Source of the DNA: Pseudodesulfovibrio mercurii
GTDB taxonomy: Bacteria > Desulfobacterota > Desulfovibrionia > Desulfovibrionales > Desulfovibrionaceae
Direction of reading: 5' to 3'
Length of the DNA: 32,000 bases
Assembly (NCBI RefSeq): GCF_000189295.2
Contig: NC_016803.1
Coordinates: 210,001-242,000, forward strand
A program made the translations under genes and the position numbers. The notes below the pieces were generated by a model. That model made no database searches. It was not told the DNA's origin and was given only the letters and a program-made list of their open reading frames with translations. Positions 16,767-25,528 of the stretch are shown piece after piece. Each line of letters starts with the position of its first letter. Position 1 is the first letter of the stretch.

Positions 16767-17486
16767 CTAGATTTTCGCGTATTGCCCGGCCACGTCGGCG
16801 GGATCGCCGTCCGCGACGCATTGCCCCTTGTCCAGCAGGATCATCCGGCTGCAATTCCCCATGAGAAAATGGAGGTCATGGGAGACGATGATAGCCGTGG
16901 TCCCCTGTTTGAGCAATTTGTTGATCCGGCCGGTGCATTTCTGGGCAAAGGCCGCGTCGCCCACGCCGAGCACCTCGTCGATCAGCAGGACGTCCGGGTC
17001 TACGGACGTGGCCAGGGAAAAGGCCAGCCGGGCGTACATGCCCGACGAGTACGTCTTCACGGGCTCGTGGAAGAAGCGGCCGATGTCCGCGAATTCGATG
17101 ATGTCGTCCATCCGCCGGGCCAGCTCGGCCTTGCCCAGCCCCATCAGCAGCCCGGACAACCGGCAATTCTCGAGCCCGGTCAACTCGGGGTGGAACCCGA
17201 TGCCGAGTGAGAGCAGGGGGACGACCTTGGCGTCCTTCTGGCGGCGGATGGTCCCGGAGGTCGGGTTGATGATCCCGGACAACAGCCGTAGCAGGGTGCT
17301 TTTCCCCGCCCCGTTCCGGCCGATGACGCCGACGATCTCATGGTCGTCGATCTCAAGGCTCAGCGACTTCAGCGCCTCGTGGTAGGCTGGTTTCCTCCCC
17401 AGGAACACCCGCGACAGAAGTGTGCCGCATCCCTTGTTGCGCACCAGAGAGTATCTGACGGAAACGTTATCGAGTGTATATCTCAT
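16767..17486 (-). CDS. ABC transporter ATP-binding protein, polysaccharide/O-antigen export type (Wzt/TagH-like)
   Basis: Walker A GRNGAGKST, signature YSSGMYARL, Walker B LLIDEVLGVGD, H-loop SHD. The true start is ATG 17486 (MRYTLDNVSV), overlapping the permease stop as ATGA. The 479 aa track ORF is an artefactual N-terminal extension through the permease gene. Confidence 0.9.
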   Translation of the reverse strand: MRYTLDNVSVRYSLVRNKGCGTLLSRVFLGRKPAYHEALKSLSLEIDDHEIVGVIGRNGAGKSTLLRLLSGIINPTSGTIRRQKDAKVVPLLSLGIGFHPELTGLENCRLSGLLMGLGKAELARRMDDIIEFADIGRFFHEPVKTYSSGMYARLAFSLATSVDPDVLLIDEVLGVGDAAFAQKCTGRINKLLKQGTTAIIVSHDLHFLMGNCSRMILLDKGQCVADGDPADVAGQYAKI

Positions 17487-18256
17487 AGGTAAAAATAGAT
17501 TTTCGAGCGGACCCTGCGCAGAAACGCCGCGCTGCACAACCATACACCTGCCGCAATGCCGGATGAGATCAGCCAGTCGGCCCGGCTCGGGAATCGTTTC
17601 CAATAAAGGGGGTCCTGGAAAAGGTGGGCGAAACTCGTCATCGGATGGAACCGCAATAGCTGGCCGTACAGCGAATGCGGATCGATGTTGGATTCCATGT
17701 TCAGGATGATCGAGGAGAAGAAGAGCAGCATCAGTCCCATCTGGACTATCGGCTTTATGTCGCGGACAAAGACGAAAATCGTCGCCGACAGTATGGCCAG
17801 CCCGTTGGCGAGCACGAGCCAGACGAGAAAGGCGAAGGGGAGGACGAGTAGCGGACCGCCCGCCGGGGTGCCGAGGAGGAGGAAGAAGACGGACCCCACG
17901 GCGAAGGTGCACAGCAGGTCCCACACCCCGATGACGGTGCTGACGCAGGGGAAGGTCACAGCGGGCGTATCCATCTGCGTCAGCAGCCAGCGGCCGCCGA
18001 CGATGGACTCCATCCCGTTGAGCGTGGTGCTCTCCAGAAATTTCCATGGAATGAGGCCGCTGAAGAGGTACAGGGCATACTCGGCCAAGGGCTGTTTGTT
18101 GATCTGCGCGAAGACGATGGAGAGCACACCCAGGAACATGAACGGTTCGCCGACCGCCCAGAAGAACCCCAGCATCGCGTTGCGATACCGCAGGATGAAC
18201 TGGCACTTCGCCAGTCCCATCACGACCCGAATGAAATGACTAACCGTATAATTCAT
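17483..18256 (-). CDS. ABC-2 type polysaccharide export permease (Wzm-like)
   Basis: Six hydrophobic segments and an ABC-2-style N-terminus, LRYRNAMLGFFWAVGEPFMFL. The preferred start is ATG 18256 (MNYTVSHF), 17 nt after the upstream stop. Confidence 0.85.
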   Translation of the reverse strand: MNYTVSHFIRVVMGLAKCQFILRYRNAMLGFFWAVGEPFMFLGVLSIVFAQINKQPLAEYALYLFSGLIPWKFLESTTLNGMESIVGGRWLLTQMDTPAVTFPCVSTVIGVWDLLCTFAVGSVFFLLLGTPAGGPLLVLPFAFLVWLVLANGLAILSATIFVFVRDIKPIVQMGLMLLFFSSIILNMESNIDPHSLYGQLLRFHPMTSFAHLFQDPLYWKRFPSRADWLISSGIAAGVWLCSAAFLRRVRSKIYFYL

Positions 18257-18273
18257 GTAACAATGCCAAGTTA

Positions 18274-20040
18274 TTAGCAATTGGTTAATTTGGATTCGAC
18301 CATTTTCAGGATGTCCTCGACGCGGATCGCCTTCATGCATTGCGATTCTTTTGTCCCGGAGAGCGTGCAGGGGGAATATTCATTTCTCCAGCACGGCACG
18401 CAGCGTATGGTGTCGCTTGCGTCGATGTAATCGACGCTCGGATAATGCTTGGTCCGCTGCTCGGCGCTCGTCGGTCCGAACAGGGCAACGCACGGAATGC
18501 CGAGGGCTCCGGCGACATGCAGGAAGCTTGAATCCGGGCAGATGACGACGTCGCACAGGGAGAATATGGCCAGTGCCTCCCGAAGCGGCCTGTCGTCGAT
18601 CGGATGGACGTTTTCAAGCTCGAAGCCCGTAATGGGCTTGTTGTGAAACAGGAACACGGAGTGTTTCCGAGACAGAATCCGGATCAGATCGGCAAAGTGC
18701 GGGTAATCCCGGTACCGTTCATCGGAGTGGAGCTGGATGCCGATCCGTTTCCGGCAGTTTGTCCCGACCGACGAGACGAAGCGCTTCGCGGCGTCGGATT
18801 CCTCCTGCGTCACATGGTAATACGTTTTCCAGTCCCCGCCGCTCGGGCCCTTGATGCCCATGGCCTTGCCGAATATTTCGATCCTGGACAGTTTCACATC
18901 CGGCGCCGTCAGCCCTTCGATGCGGCTTGCCGGGCAGGTCGTGAGGTCGTAGAGGGCGCTGTAGTCGTCCCTGCGGAAGACCCTTTCGTTGATATCCGTG
19001 ACGGTGATCCCCGGCAGGCCCTTCAGCAGCGGCTTGAATTGTCCGGGGACGGCAAAATGCACCGGCCTGGCGGGATTCCTGGCCTGTAGCTCCGTCAACC
19101 CGGCCGTCATCATGAGAATATCGCCGATCCCTCCCATCGCGCGCGTGACCAGGATCGGCAGTCGCCCTTCGGCCTTCGCGCCCTGGCCGTCCCCCTTGGA
19201 AAGCATGGCGAGGGTGTCGCGGCCGACGCGATTGGATGAAAAGCCGAGAGCGCGGTAACCGAATCCGACGGCGCGGGTGATCCACGGCCCGACGAGCGGC
19301 AGCTTCCCCAGTATCGAGGCGCAGCAAAGGGGAAATATAAGCAGCTTGGCGGCCGGGGTCGCTTCTGCGTTGCGGGCGGTCAGGATCGGCAACACGCCGC
19401 GCGAGGCGATGATCAGTTTTTGGGCCCGGGTGACGGTGCGGATGCTGCTCGCCAGTCTCCACTGCAGCCGCATGAAGACGTCGGCATTGCCCGAATGGAG
19501 CTCGGCCTCCGCGTAGCGGTGGACAACATCCGCAAACAGGGATTTGTCGGCGAACAGATAGGGCCTGTCCACATAGTGCGCCAGGATGTCCGCGGCCTTT
19601 CCGGGTTCTCCGAGCTGGAGCGCCGTCGCAGCCATGTCCAGCGAAGCCCGCTGTTCCCATTCCGGGAACCGCCCCGCCGCCTGGCTCTTGGCTTTTCCCA
19701 GCGCCTCCAAGGCCTGTTCAAAAAGCTTTTGCCGGGAAAAGTAGTTCGCCGAATCAACATGGGCGAGAACCGTCTCGATCTGTCCCGGATGCTTTGCGAG
19801 GAGGCCGTCCAGGGCAACGGGAAGCAGCCTCAGTGCTCGGGCGGTCCGGGCCTCGAGCGTATGCGCGTCCTCGCATGTCGCGTTCTCTATGAGCCCCCGC
19901 ACATAGGCCAAGAGGATGTACTTCGAGTCAATGGAGGACAACTCGACATCGGATGTCTTGATGTACTGGTACACATACCTGTTGTCTCCGTTGTATGCCA
20001 GTTTCTCTGTGGTCTTGATGTCCAGTGTCATTGTATCCAT
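18274..20040 (-). CDS. glycosyltransferase family 9 (heptosyltransferase-like) with about 290 aa helical N-terminal extension
   Basis: The C-terminal half carries GT9 hallmarks: ILVTRAMGGIGDILMMTAGLTEL and VICPDSSFLHVAGALGIPCVALFGPTS. The N-terminal half is helical-repeat/TPR-like. ATG at 20040. Confidence 0.8.
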   Translation of the reverse strand: MDTMTLDIKTTEKLAYNGDNRYVYQYIKTSDVELSSIDSKYILLAYVRGLIENATCEDAHTLEARTARALRLLPVALDGLLAKHPGQIETVLAHVDSANYFSRQKLFEQALEALGKAKSQAAGRFPEWEQRASLDMAATALQLGEPGKAADILAHYVDRPYLFADKSLFADVVHRYAEAELHSGNADVFMRLQWRLASSIRTVTRAQKLIIASRGVLPILTARNAEATPAAKLLIFPLCCASILGKLPLVGPWITRAVGFGYRALGFSSNRVGRDTLAMLSKGDGQGAKAEGRLPILVTRAMGGIGDILMMTAGLTELQARNPARPVHFAVPGQFKPLLKGLPGITVTDINERVFRRDDYSALYDLTTCPASRIEGLTAPDVKLSRIEIFGKAMGIKGPSGGDWKTYYHVTQEESDAAKRFVSSVGTNCRKRIGIQLHSDERYRDYPHFADLIRILSRKHSVFLFHNKPITGFELENVHPIDDRPLREALAIFSLCDVVICPDSSFLHVAGALGIPCVALFGPTSAEQRTKHYPSVDYIDASDTIRCVPCWRNEYSPCTLSGTKESQCMKAIRVEDILKMVESKLTNC

Positions 20041-20071
20041 GCTCTGTTTTTATGTTTGAAGTTGCCGGTTT

Positions 20072-22093
20072 TCAGCTTTTGTTGGACTGAAGATTCGTCT
20101 CTTCCCGTGCGCCGGGGGTGTGTAGCGCGTTTTCGTCGGTATCCACTACCCGCCAGAGACCGCCCGTATGGAGGCCGAAGGCCCGAACCGGCTCGAAAAA
20201 CGTCGGGTCGGCCCGATACTGGCCCAGCAACCGGAACAGGACGGAGCGCACAACGGCCCTGTCGGTCACGGCCAGAAAATCGGTGTTCCCGGAATGGGTG
20301 AGGTACGGATCGGGCAGGGCGGCGAAATCGAATTGGGCCGGTTCTTTCCCCGTCAGATCGAGGACACTGCCGAATCCTGTGTAGCCCTTGTCCATTACCG
20401 CCTGCGGCACCACGACGGCCCCGGCGTCCCGGTCATGGCGGAAGTCGCCCTTTTCGAAGAGGTCCAGGTGATTGGCCACGGCGGGCGGATGCTCGTCGAA
20501 GACGTGCGCGAAGGCGTACAGATATCCCACCGTGGTGTAGACGCGCGCGGGGAGGCAGAGGGCCACGGATAGTGTGCCGTTCGTTTTTTCCCGCATGCCC
20601 GCCATGAGTTCCGTGACATACTGCGGCCATTGTTTCCCTCGGCGGGACAGGTCCAATGCCGCATCCCGATGGCTCGCGAAATAGCGGATCCATCGGGCTG
20701 CGGTCCGCTGGTCGGATTGCATGAGCGGGTATGCGGCCACGAAACAGGAGGCGTCGGTCTGTGAGCCGCCGTCGAAATATACCGGCATGCCGGTCAGGAA
20801 TTGGTAGAAGTACCCGTAATCCCACCAGGTCCAGATAAGCGTGTCCTGCGGAAAAGCCTGTTTCATTTCTCGGGCCAAGGTGAAATCCGGTGACGAGAAA
20901 TAGGATTCCGGGGCATATTCCACGGCCTTGGCTCCGGCTCCGCTGAACAGGAGCACGGTGAACACCGCCAGTGCGCCGTATCGGCCGAGCTTCCATCCCG
21001 AGGCGGCCGCGTCCATCCGCGCCGCGAGCAAGCGGCAGACCTCCACGGCGCAGTACACCGTCAGCAGGGCCGCGGCCGGTACGAAAAACGGGATGAAGCG
21101 CCGGGAGAGCAGGGCGAAGATGCCGAAGGCCGCGCCGGGCAGCAGCAGGAAAAGGCTCTTCCAACCGAAACGCCATGCGTACAGGATGAAGCCCGGCGGC
21201 AGGAGGAGCAGCAGCCAGGCGCTTCCCAGCGTCCTGTCGCCGAGCTCCGCGAGCGTCAGCGGGTGCAGTTCCATGATGGCGTTGCTCAGCAGCGCTCCCT
21301 CTGCCCCGCCGAAAGCCAGCGAGATGTGCGCGACGGTGTAATCGTACCAGTCGGCGAAAGGCCATACGCGGGCCAGGGCCAGGGCCGTCGCGCACGCGAT
21401 CGCGGCCAACAGCGTCAGTTTGACCGTGGCGTCTCCCCGCTGCCGGGGCCAATGGAGGAGATGACAGCCGAGGAATCCAGCGGCGAGGAAGGCCCCGGGC
21501 TTCCACCACAGCCATTGCAGAACGAGCAGGGCCGCGTACCCGGCCGCCCAGGCGAGGCGGCGGGAGGGAATGGAAAGGCGCATGACGCAGTAGAGCGACG
21601 CGTATGCCAGAAACGGGGCCAACGCGTCCGTGTCCACCGCGCCCAGGTGGGTCCGGTCGATCCAGTAGGGCGAGAGAAGGGCCAGCAGGGGGGCCAGAAC
21701 AGCAACGGCAGGGGCCTTCGTGTCCATGGCCCAGGGCAATACCGCCAGGAGCATGGTCAGCCCGAGGATCGGGCCCAGGGGAGCGCTCGCCGCAAGCAGG
21801 GACGGGATGTCTGTTCCGCCCAGGAAGGCCAGCAGCCGGGAGAGCAGCATGGAGCCGCTCCACAGCCCCGCGAGAGGGGTGCCCTGGGCCGCGAACAGGC
21901 GGGCGTGGTTCAGGTGGTAGTAGCCGTCGTTGTTGGTCACCGCCATGACGCCGTCCACCCTGCAGCCTGCGGCCTGGAGCAGCCCGGCGTGGTGTTCGGC
22001 GAGCAGAAAATTCAGGAGCACGCCGACCGCCAGCGCGCACAGCCCGGCCAGGGCGGTCCTGTTCGGGGTGGATTGTCCCATGCGGCTCACCAT
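20072..22093 (-). CDS. pglB: STT3/PglB-family oligosaccharyltransferase
   Basis: TWWDYGYFYQFLTGMPVYFDGGSQ carries the WWDYG catalytic motif and a DGG(K)-like motif. The N-terminal loop TNNDGYYH and GAVDTDAL match the two acidic loops of bacterial PglB. Many TM segments precede a soluble C-terminal domain. The start is ATG 22093 (overlapping the upstream stop) or ATG 22081. The 828 aa track ORF over-extends into the hydrolase gene. Confidence 0.8.
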   Translation of the reverse strand: MVSRMGQSTPNRTALAGLCALAVGVLLNFLLAEHHAGLLQAAGCRVDGVMAVTNNDGYYHLNHARLFAAQGTPLAGLWSGSMLLSRLLAFLGGTDIPSLLAASAPLGPILGLTMLLAVLPWAMDTKAPAVAVLAPLLALLSPYWIDRTHLGAVDTDALAPFLAYASLYCVMRLSIPSRRLAWAAGYAALLVLQWLWWKPGAFLAAGFLGCHLLHWPRQRGDATVKLTLLAAIACATALALARVWPFADWYDYTVAHISLAFGGAEGALLSNAIMELHPLTLAELGDRTLGSAWLLLLLPPGFILYAWRFGWKSLFLLLPGAAFGIFALLSRRFIPFFVPAAALLTVYCAVEVCRLLAARMDAAASGWKLGRYGALAVFTVLLFSGAGAKAVEYAPESYFSSPDFTLAREMKQAFPQDTLIWTWWDYGYFYQFLTGMPVYFDGGSQTDASCFVAAYPLMQSDQRTAARWIRYFASHRDAALDLSRRGKQWPQYVTELMAGMREKTNGTLSVALCLPARVYTTVGYLYAFAHVFDEHPPAVANHLDLFEKGDFRHDRDAGAVVVPQAVMDKGYTGFGSVLDLTGKEPAQFDFAALPDPYLTHSGNTDFLAVTDRAVVRSVLFRLLGQYRADPTFFEPVRAFGLHTGGLWRVVDTDENALHTPGAREETNLQSNKS

Positions 22094-22959
22094 AACCCGC
22101 TTTGGGTGAGGATGCCCGGCACCACGTCCCGCCAATCCCCGGTATGGCCCACGCCGTCCACCTTGACGATCCGGACGTTGTCGGGGTTGCCCAGCTCGGA
22201 TGCGTACCGCTCCGCGATCTCGGGGGGCATGATCGCGTCGTCGCGGCTGACGATGTGCAACTGGGGTATTTTTCGCAGGGCCGCCTTGTCGTCCAGGGGG
22301 TTGAGGGAGTTTTGCAGTGGAGACACCTCGTGCAGGCGGGTCCAGAAGGGGTGGTCGATATTGCCGGCCACCGTCACGACCGCGTCCACGTCGTCCCGCC
22401 GCTCGGCCAGCAGCAGCGCGACGCACCCGCCGCCGGAGTACCCCAGCAGCTTGAGCCGGGAGGCGTGCGTCCGGGCCTTGGCCTGGTCGAGAAAACCGTT
22501 CATTTCGGCAATGACGGGCTCCGAGAAGCGGGCCGAGGTCCACAGCGGGGTGGAGCAATTACGGCGTTGGTCGCCTTCGACGTATTGACAGGGACGCGCA
22601 AGGTAGAGCACCGCGTCATGGGAATCCGTGGCGGCCAGCATGAGTCCGATGGGCGTTCCCGGCGTGGGGTCGGAGGACGGACGATTGCGGGTCCGCCAGG
22701 CCATGCCGTCTCCTTCGATGTAGACGCGCAAGGTGGCGCCTGCGCCTCGCTCATAGCCGATCAGGTCGAAATATTTACCGGAATAGGCGACCGGGACGAG
22801 GTTGGCGCTGCGGGCCAGCTCGGCCGGGTCCGTCCGCCCGAGGCAACCGGCCAGGAGCGGCGCGGAGAGAACCGCGACGACCAGGAAGCGGACAAGGCGC
22901 AGGGTCGCGGCAAATCCGCCGTAGCCGCGCAGAGGCGTCCAAGAAAGGAACGTCCGCAT
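22087..22959 (-). CDS. alpha/beta-hydrolase-fold lipoprotein
   Basis: Signal peptide with lipobox LLAGC. Nucleophile elbow GYSGGG. Candidate Asp (SRDDAIMP) and His (GVGHTGDW). ATG at 22959. Confidence 0.75.
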   Translation of the reverse strand: MRTFLSWTPLRGYGGFAATLRLVRFLVVAVLSAPLLAGCLGRTDPAELARSANLVPVAYSGKYFDLIGYERGAGATLRVYIEGDGMAWRTRNRPSSDPTPGTPIGLMLAATDSHDAVLYLARPCQYVEGDQRRNCSTPLWTSARFSEPVIAEMNGFLDQAKARTHASRLKLLGYSGGGCVALLLAERRDDVDAVVTVAGNIDHPFWTRLHEVSPLQNSLNPLDDKAALRKIPQLHIVSRDDAIMPPEIAERYASELGNPDNVRIVKVDGVGHTGDWRDVVPGILTQSGLW

Positions 22960-23036
22960 GTTCAGGTCAACTCCTTGTCAACGTTCACGGGGGGCGAACC
23001 GCCATCTCCAAACGGGCCGGACGAGGTCCGGTTCGT

Positions 23037-23411
23037 TCACCGGTCTTCGCCGTCCGTCTTGTCCCCGTCTTTCCCGAGGTCCATGAGCCGCGCTTCGTAT
23101 GCAGCCATTTTCTGCGTCAGGACCCGTATCCTGGTTTCATGGCGTGTCAGTTGGATCTCCAGGGTGAGCAGCTTGACGAGCAGGATGCACAGGCTGACGA
23201 TAATCAGCAGAACCGGCGGATAGTGCACGCCGAGCAACCCGCCCAGCCAGTCGAGGATGGACGGAAATATCCCGAACAGGATGAGACAGAACACGGCGCC
23301 CAGCCAAAGCGCGGTCTGGTACACGCCGATGCGCTGCCTGCGGATCAGCCAGATGATCACGCCGCCGACGACCAGGGCGATCGCCGTGGAGACTTCATTA
23401 AAAAGCGTCAT
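23037..23411 (-). CDS. small membrane protein, DUF2304-like (GT2-associated)
   Basis: 124 aa with three hydrophobic helices followed by a coiled-coil tail (LEIQLTRHETRIRVLTQKMAAYEARL). It overlaps the upstream GT2 gene by 14 nt. This size, topology and pairing fit my recollection of DUF2304. Confidence 0.65.
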   Translation of the reverse strand: MTLFNEVSTAIALVVGGVIIWLIRRQRIGVYQTALWLGAVFCLILFGIFPSILDWLGGLLGVHYPPVLLIIVSLCILLVKLLTLEIQLTRHETRIRVLTQKMAAYEARLMDLGKDGDKTDGEDR

Positions 23412-24123
23412 GCCCTTCCTGTTCGCGGCTCTTTCGTCCGCTGCCGGTTATCCAATCGACGAAAATCCAGATGAAAGTCTTCACCAGATATTGCCCGACG
23501 TCTAACCATGTGTCGAAAATCCTGGAGTGCCCGACGACCCGTTCGCACATGCCGATGGCGTGTTCGCGGCAGACCAGCCCCTTGCGGCGCAACAACAGCA
23601 ACACGCCGATGTCCTGGTAGTCGAGCAGTGCGCCCTCCCCGGACAGCAACACGTCCAGCGCCTTGTGGTCATACACCCGGAAGCCGGAAGTCAGATCGAC
23701 GATCCCGAGCCCCGTCAACCGCGCGAACAGCCGCCAGGCGAACTTCCTGGCCCGGCTTCCCCGTTGGGGACAGCTGCCGATGAGCGTGTTGGCGTCCTCG
23801 CGCTCAAATTCCCGGATCAGTTCGGGGATGTATCGCGGCTTGTGCTGCCCGTCTCCGTCCATGGTGATGAAACAGTCGTGCTCCGCCCGCCGGAGCGCAT
23901 GGCGAAGCCCCGCCTGAACGGCCATCCAGGCCCCGGCGGTGTAGGGGAGCCTGAGAACCTCGGCCCCGGCCGCGACAGCCTCGCCGTATGTTGTGTCCGC
24001 GCTGTTGTCGTCAACCACGTAGACCGCGCAGCCGAGCTGCCGGACCTGCTCCACCACGGAGCCGATCGTGGGCGCCTCGTTCAGGGCCGGAATGATGACG
24101 GCGACACGGGAGGGGTTGATCAT
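23398..24123 (-). CDS. glycosyltransferase family 2 (polyprenyl-phosphate sugar transferase-like, GtrB/DPM1 type)
   Basis: VAVIIPALNE, VVDDNSADTT and ITMDGDGQH (DxD) motifs. The preferred start is ATG 24123 (MINPSRV); the track start at 24159 is TTG. Confidence 0.85.
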   Translation of the reverse strand: MINPSRVAVIIPALNEAPTIGSVVEQVRQLGCAVYVVDDNSADTTYGEAVAAGAEVLRLPYTAGAWMAVQAGLRHALRRAEHDCFITMDGDGQHKPRYIPELIREFEREDANTLIGSCPQRGSRARKFAWRLFARLTGLGIVDLTSGFRVYDHKALDVLLSGEGALLDYQDIGVLLLLRRKGLVCREHAIGMCERVVGHSRIFDTWLDVGQYLVKTFIWIFVDWITGSGRKSREQEGHDAF

Positions 24124-24161
24124 TCTACTCTCGGCTAGGGTTGAAGGGCAGGGGCTCAAGT

Positions 24162-24193
24162 AAAAAAAAGGACGGCAACAGCCGCCCTTTTTG
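24162..24193 (-). terminator. rho-independent terminator after the beta-barrel OMP gene
   Basis: The minus-strand RNA reads GGGCGGC UGUU GCCGUCC followed by U8: a 7 bp stem with one G-U pair. On the plus strand the same stem has an A-C mismatch, which favours minus-strand function. Confidence 0.7.
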
Positions 24194-24215
24194 TCAGATT
24201 CGCCGGTTGGTGCGG

Positions 24216-25241
24216 CTAGAACTCGTAGCGAATGAAGAGCTGGCCACGGTAAGCCTCGTAGTCGGTGCGTCCCATGCTGGCGCCGCCTTCAAGGCCCAGG
24301 GTCATCGCGTCGTCCAAGTACCAGTTCGTGCCGAGAATGCCTTCGAACTCGTCATAGTCGGAGCCGACCGGGATGGTGGACGTCTGGACGTCGTACAGGT
24401 AACGGAGCGCCGCGTAGGGTTCGAGGCCGAAATCATAGAGATAGGAGGCCTTGGCTTCCGCGCTGACCTGACCCAGGTAGCTGTCCGGGTTGTCGATTTC
24501 GGTGCCGCCGCGCGAGTAGGTGCTCAGGTCGCCGTTTACGTACATGTAGCCCACGCGTCCGCTCAACGTCCACGCGTCGATGTTGTAGCTCTGGCTCAGG
24601 CCGATGCTGGAGAGCAGGCGGGTCGCGTCGTAGTGACTGGTGTCGGTGCCGTCGCTGTCCTTGTAACGACTGTCGGTGTAGCCGAAGGCGGCATCGAGGA
24701 CGGTGCTGTCGGTGAATTTGTAGGCAGCGTAGGGCATGATGGTCCATTCGTAATCGGTCTTGAGGGAACCGTTGTCGGTGCCGTTGTTCCAGCCTTCCTT
24801 GTCGAGGTCCAGGCTGCCGTATCCACCGGCTACACCGATCAGCAGGTCGGGGGTGGCGCGCCAGTCTATCCCGGCAAAGGCGCTGTAGTAATTGGCGTCG
24901 TAGCGGCTGCCGCTGGCCGTGTTCTGGAAGTTGATGTAGGTACCCATGCCCCAGATGCCGAGGTTGGCGGCGACGTCACCGGAGGCAAGGCCGATCTCTT
25001 TGGCATTGGTATTGAATTTGAAATTGCCGTTTGCGTCCAGTTTGGCAACCTGGTTTACCTGGCCGCCTTTGGATCCGGCGCCGGCAATGGAGGCGATGCG
25101 GCTGGTGACGGCCATGACGGCCTGGGTGCTCGATGTACGGACAATGTCGCTGGCGGCCTGCTCCTGGCCATTCGTTTCGGCAAACGCCGCGGGCGCGGCA
25201 AACAGTACGATGGCGGCGATCAGCATAATCAAACGGTTCAT
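24216..25241 (-). CDS. outer-membrane beta-barrel protein, autotransporter-beta-domain-like
   Basis: Signal peptide MNRLIMLIAAIVLFAAPAAFA-ETN. Alternating aromatic/Gly-rich beta-strand pattern. C-terminal signature ...GQLFIRYEF ends in Phe. The start is ATG 25241, with AGGGGA upstream. Confidence 0.75.
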   Translation of the reverse strand: MNRLIMLIAAIVLFAAPAAFAETNGQEQAASDIVRTSSTQAVMAVTSRIASIAGAGSKGGQVNQVAKLDANGNFKFNTNAKEIGLASGDVAANLGIWGMGTYINFQNTASGSRYDANYYSAFAGIDWRATPDLLIGVAGGYGSLDLDKEGWNNGTDNGSLKTDYEWTIMPYAAYKFTDSTVLDAAFGYTDSRYKDSDGTDTSHYDATRLLSSIGLSQSYNIDAWTLSGRVGYMYVNGDLSTYSRGGTEIDNPDSYLGQVSAEAKASYLYDFGLEPYAALRYLYDVQTSTIPVGSDYDEFEGILGTNWYLDDAMTLGLEGGASMGRTDYEAYRGQLFIRYEF

Positions 25242-25504
25242 AAACTTTTTGTCCCCTGATTTGTGGACCATGGACATGACATGCCGGGACGGCTTGCCTG
25301 TGAATGGGCCTCGCTCCTGAATTCGTTAAACCATACAATCCCAAGTGGGCGTGTCAACTTGTCACAACAAAATATAACGAGTTGTTATGACGGCGTAGGG
25401 CCTTCAAACCGACTTGCCGTGCACCCCTTTCATCCGCAAGGAGCGCCAAGCCGATGTTGCATGGTGCGTAACATACCCATGGGCGACTGTAAAGTTATCC
25501 GACT

Positions 25505-25528
25505 AATTAATGTGAAATTTCATTAATT
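25505..25528. promoter_or_regulatory. AT-rich palindrome in divergent promoter region
   Basis: AATTAA TG TGAAATTTCA TTAATT: a perfect 10 bp core palindrome, TGAAATTTCA, flanked by complementary AATTAA/TTAATT arms with a 2 nt bulge. Confidence 0.3.

Noticed and set aside
17487-18206. N-terminal 240 aa extension of the ABC ATPase ORF (16767..18206)
   Set aside because: The extension overlaps the Wzm permease gene in another frame and is Arg/Pro-rich. The conserved ATPase begins at MRYTLDNVSV (ATG 17486), with an ATGA overlap to the permease stop.
20433-22588. Long ORFs 20433..22040 (minus, 535 aa) and 21263..22588 (plus, 441 aa) overlapping the OST gene
   Set aside because: Their translations are Arg/Pro/Gly-rich, low-complexity and without motifs. 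The third frame (20072..22093) carries WWDYG and multiple TM helices, so these are alternate-frame and antisense shadows.
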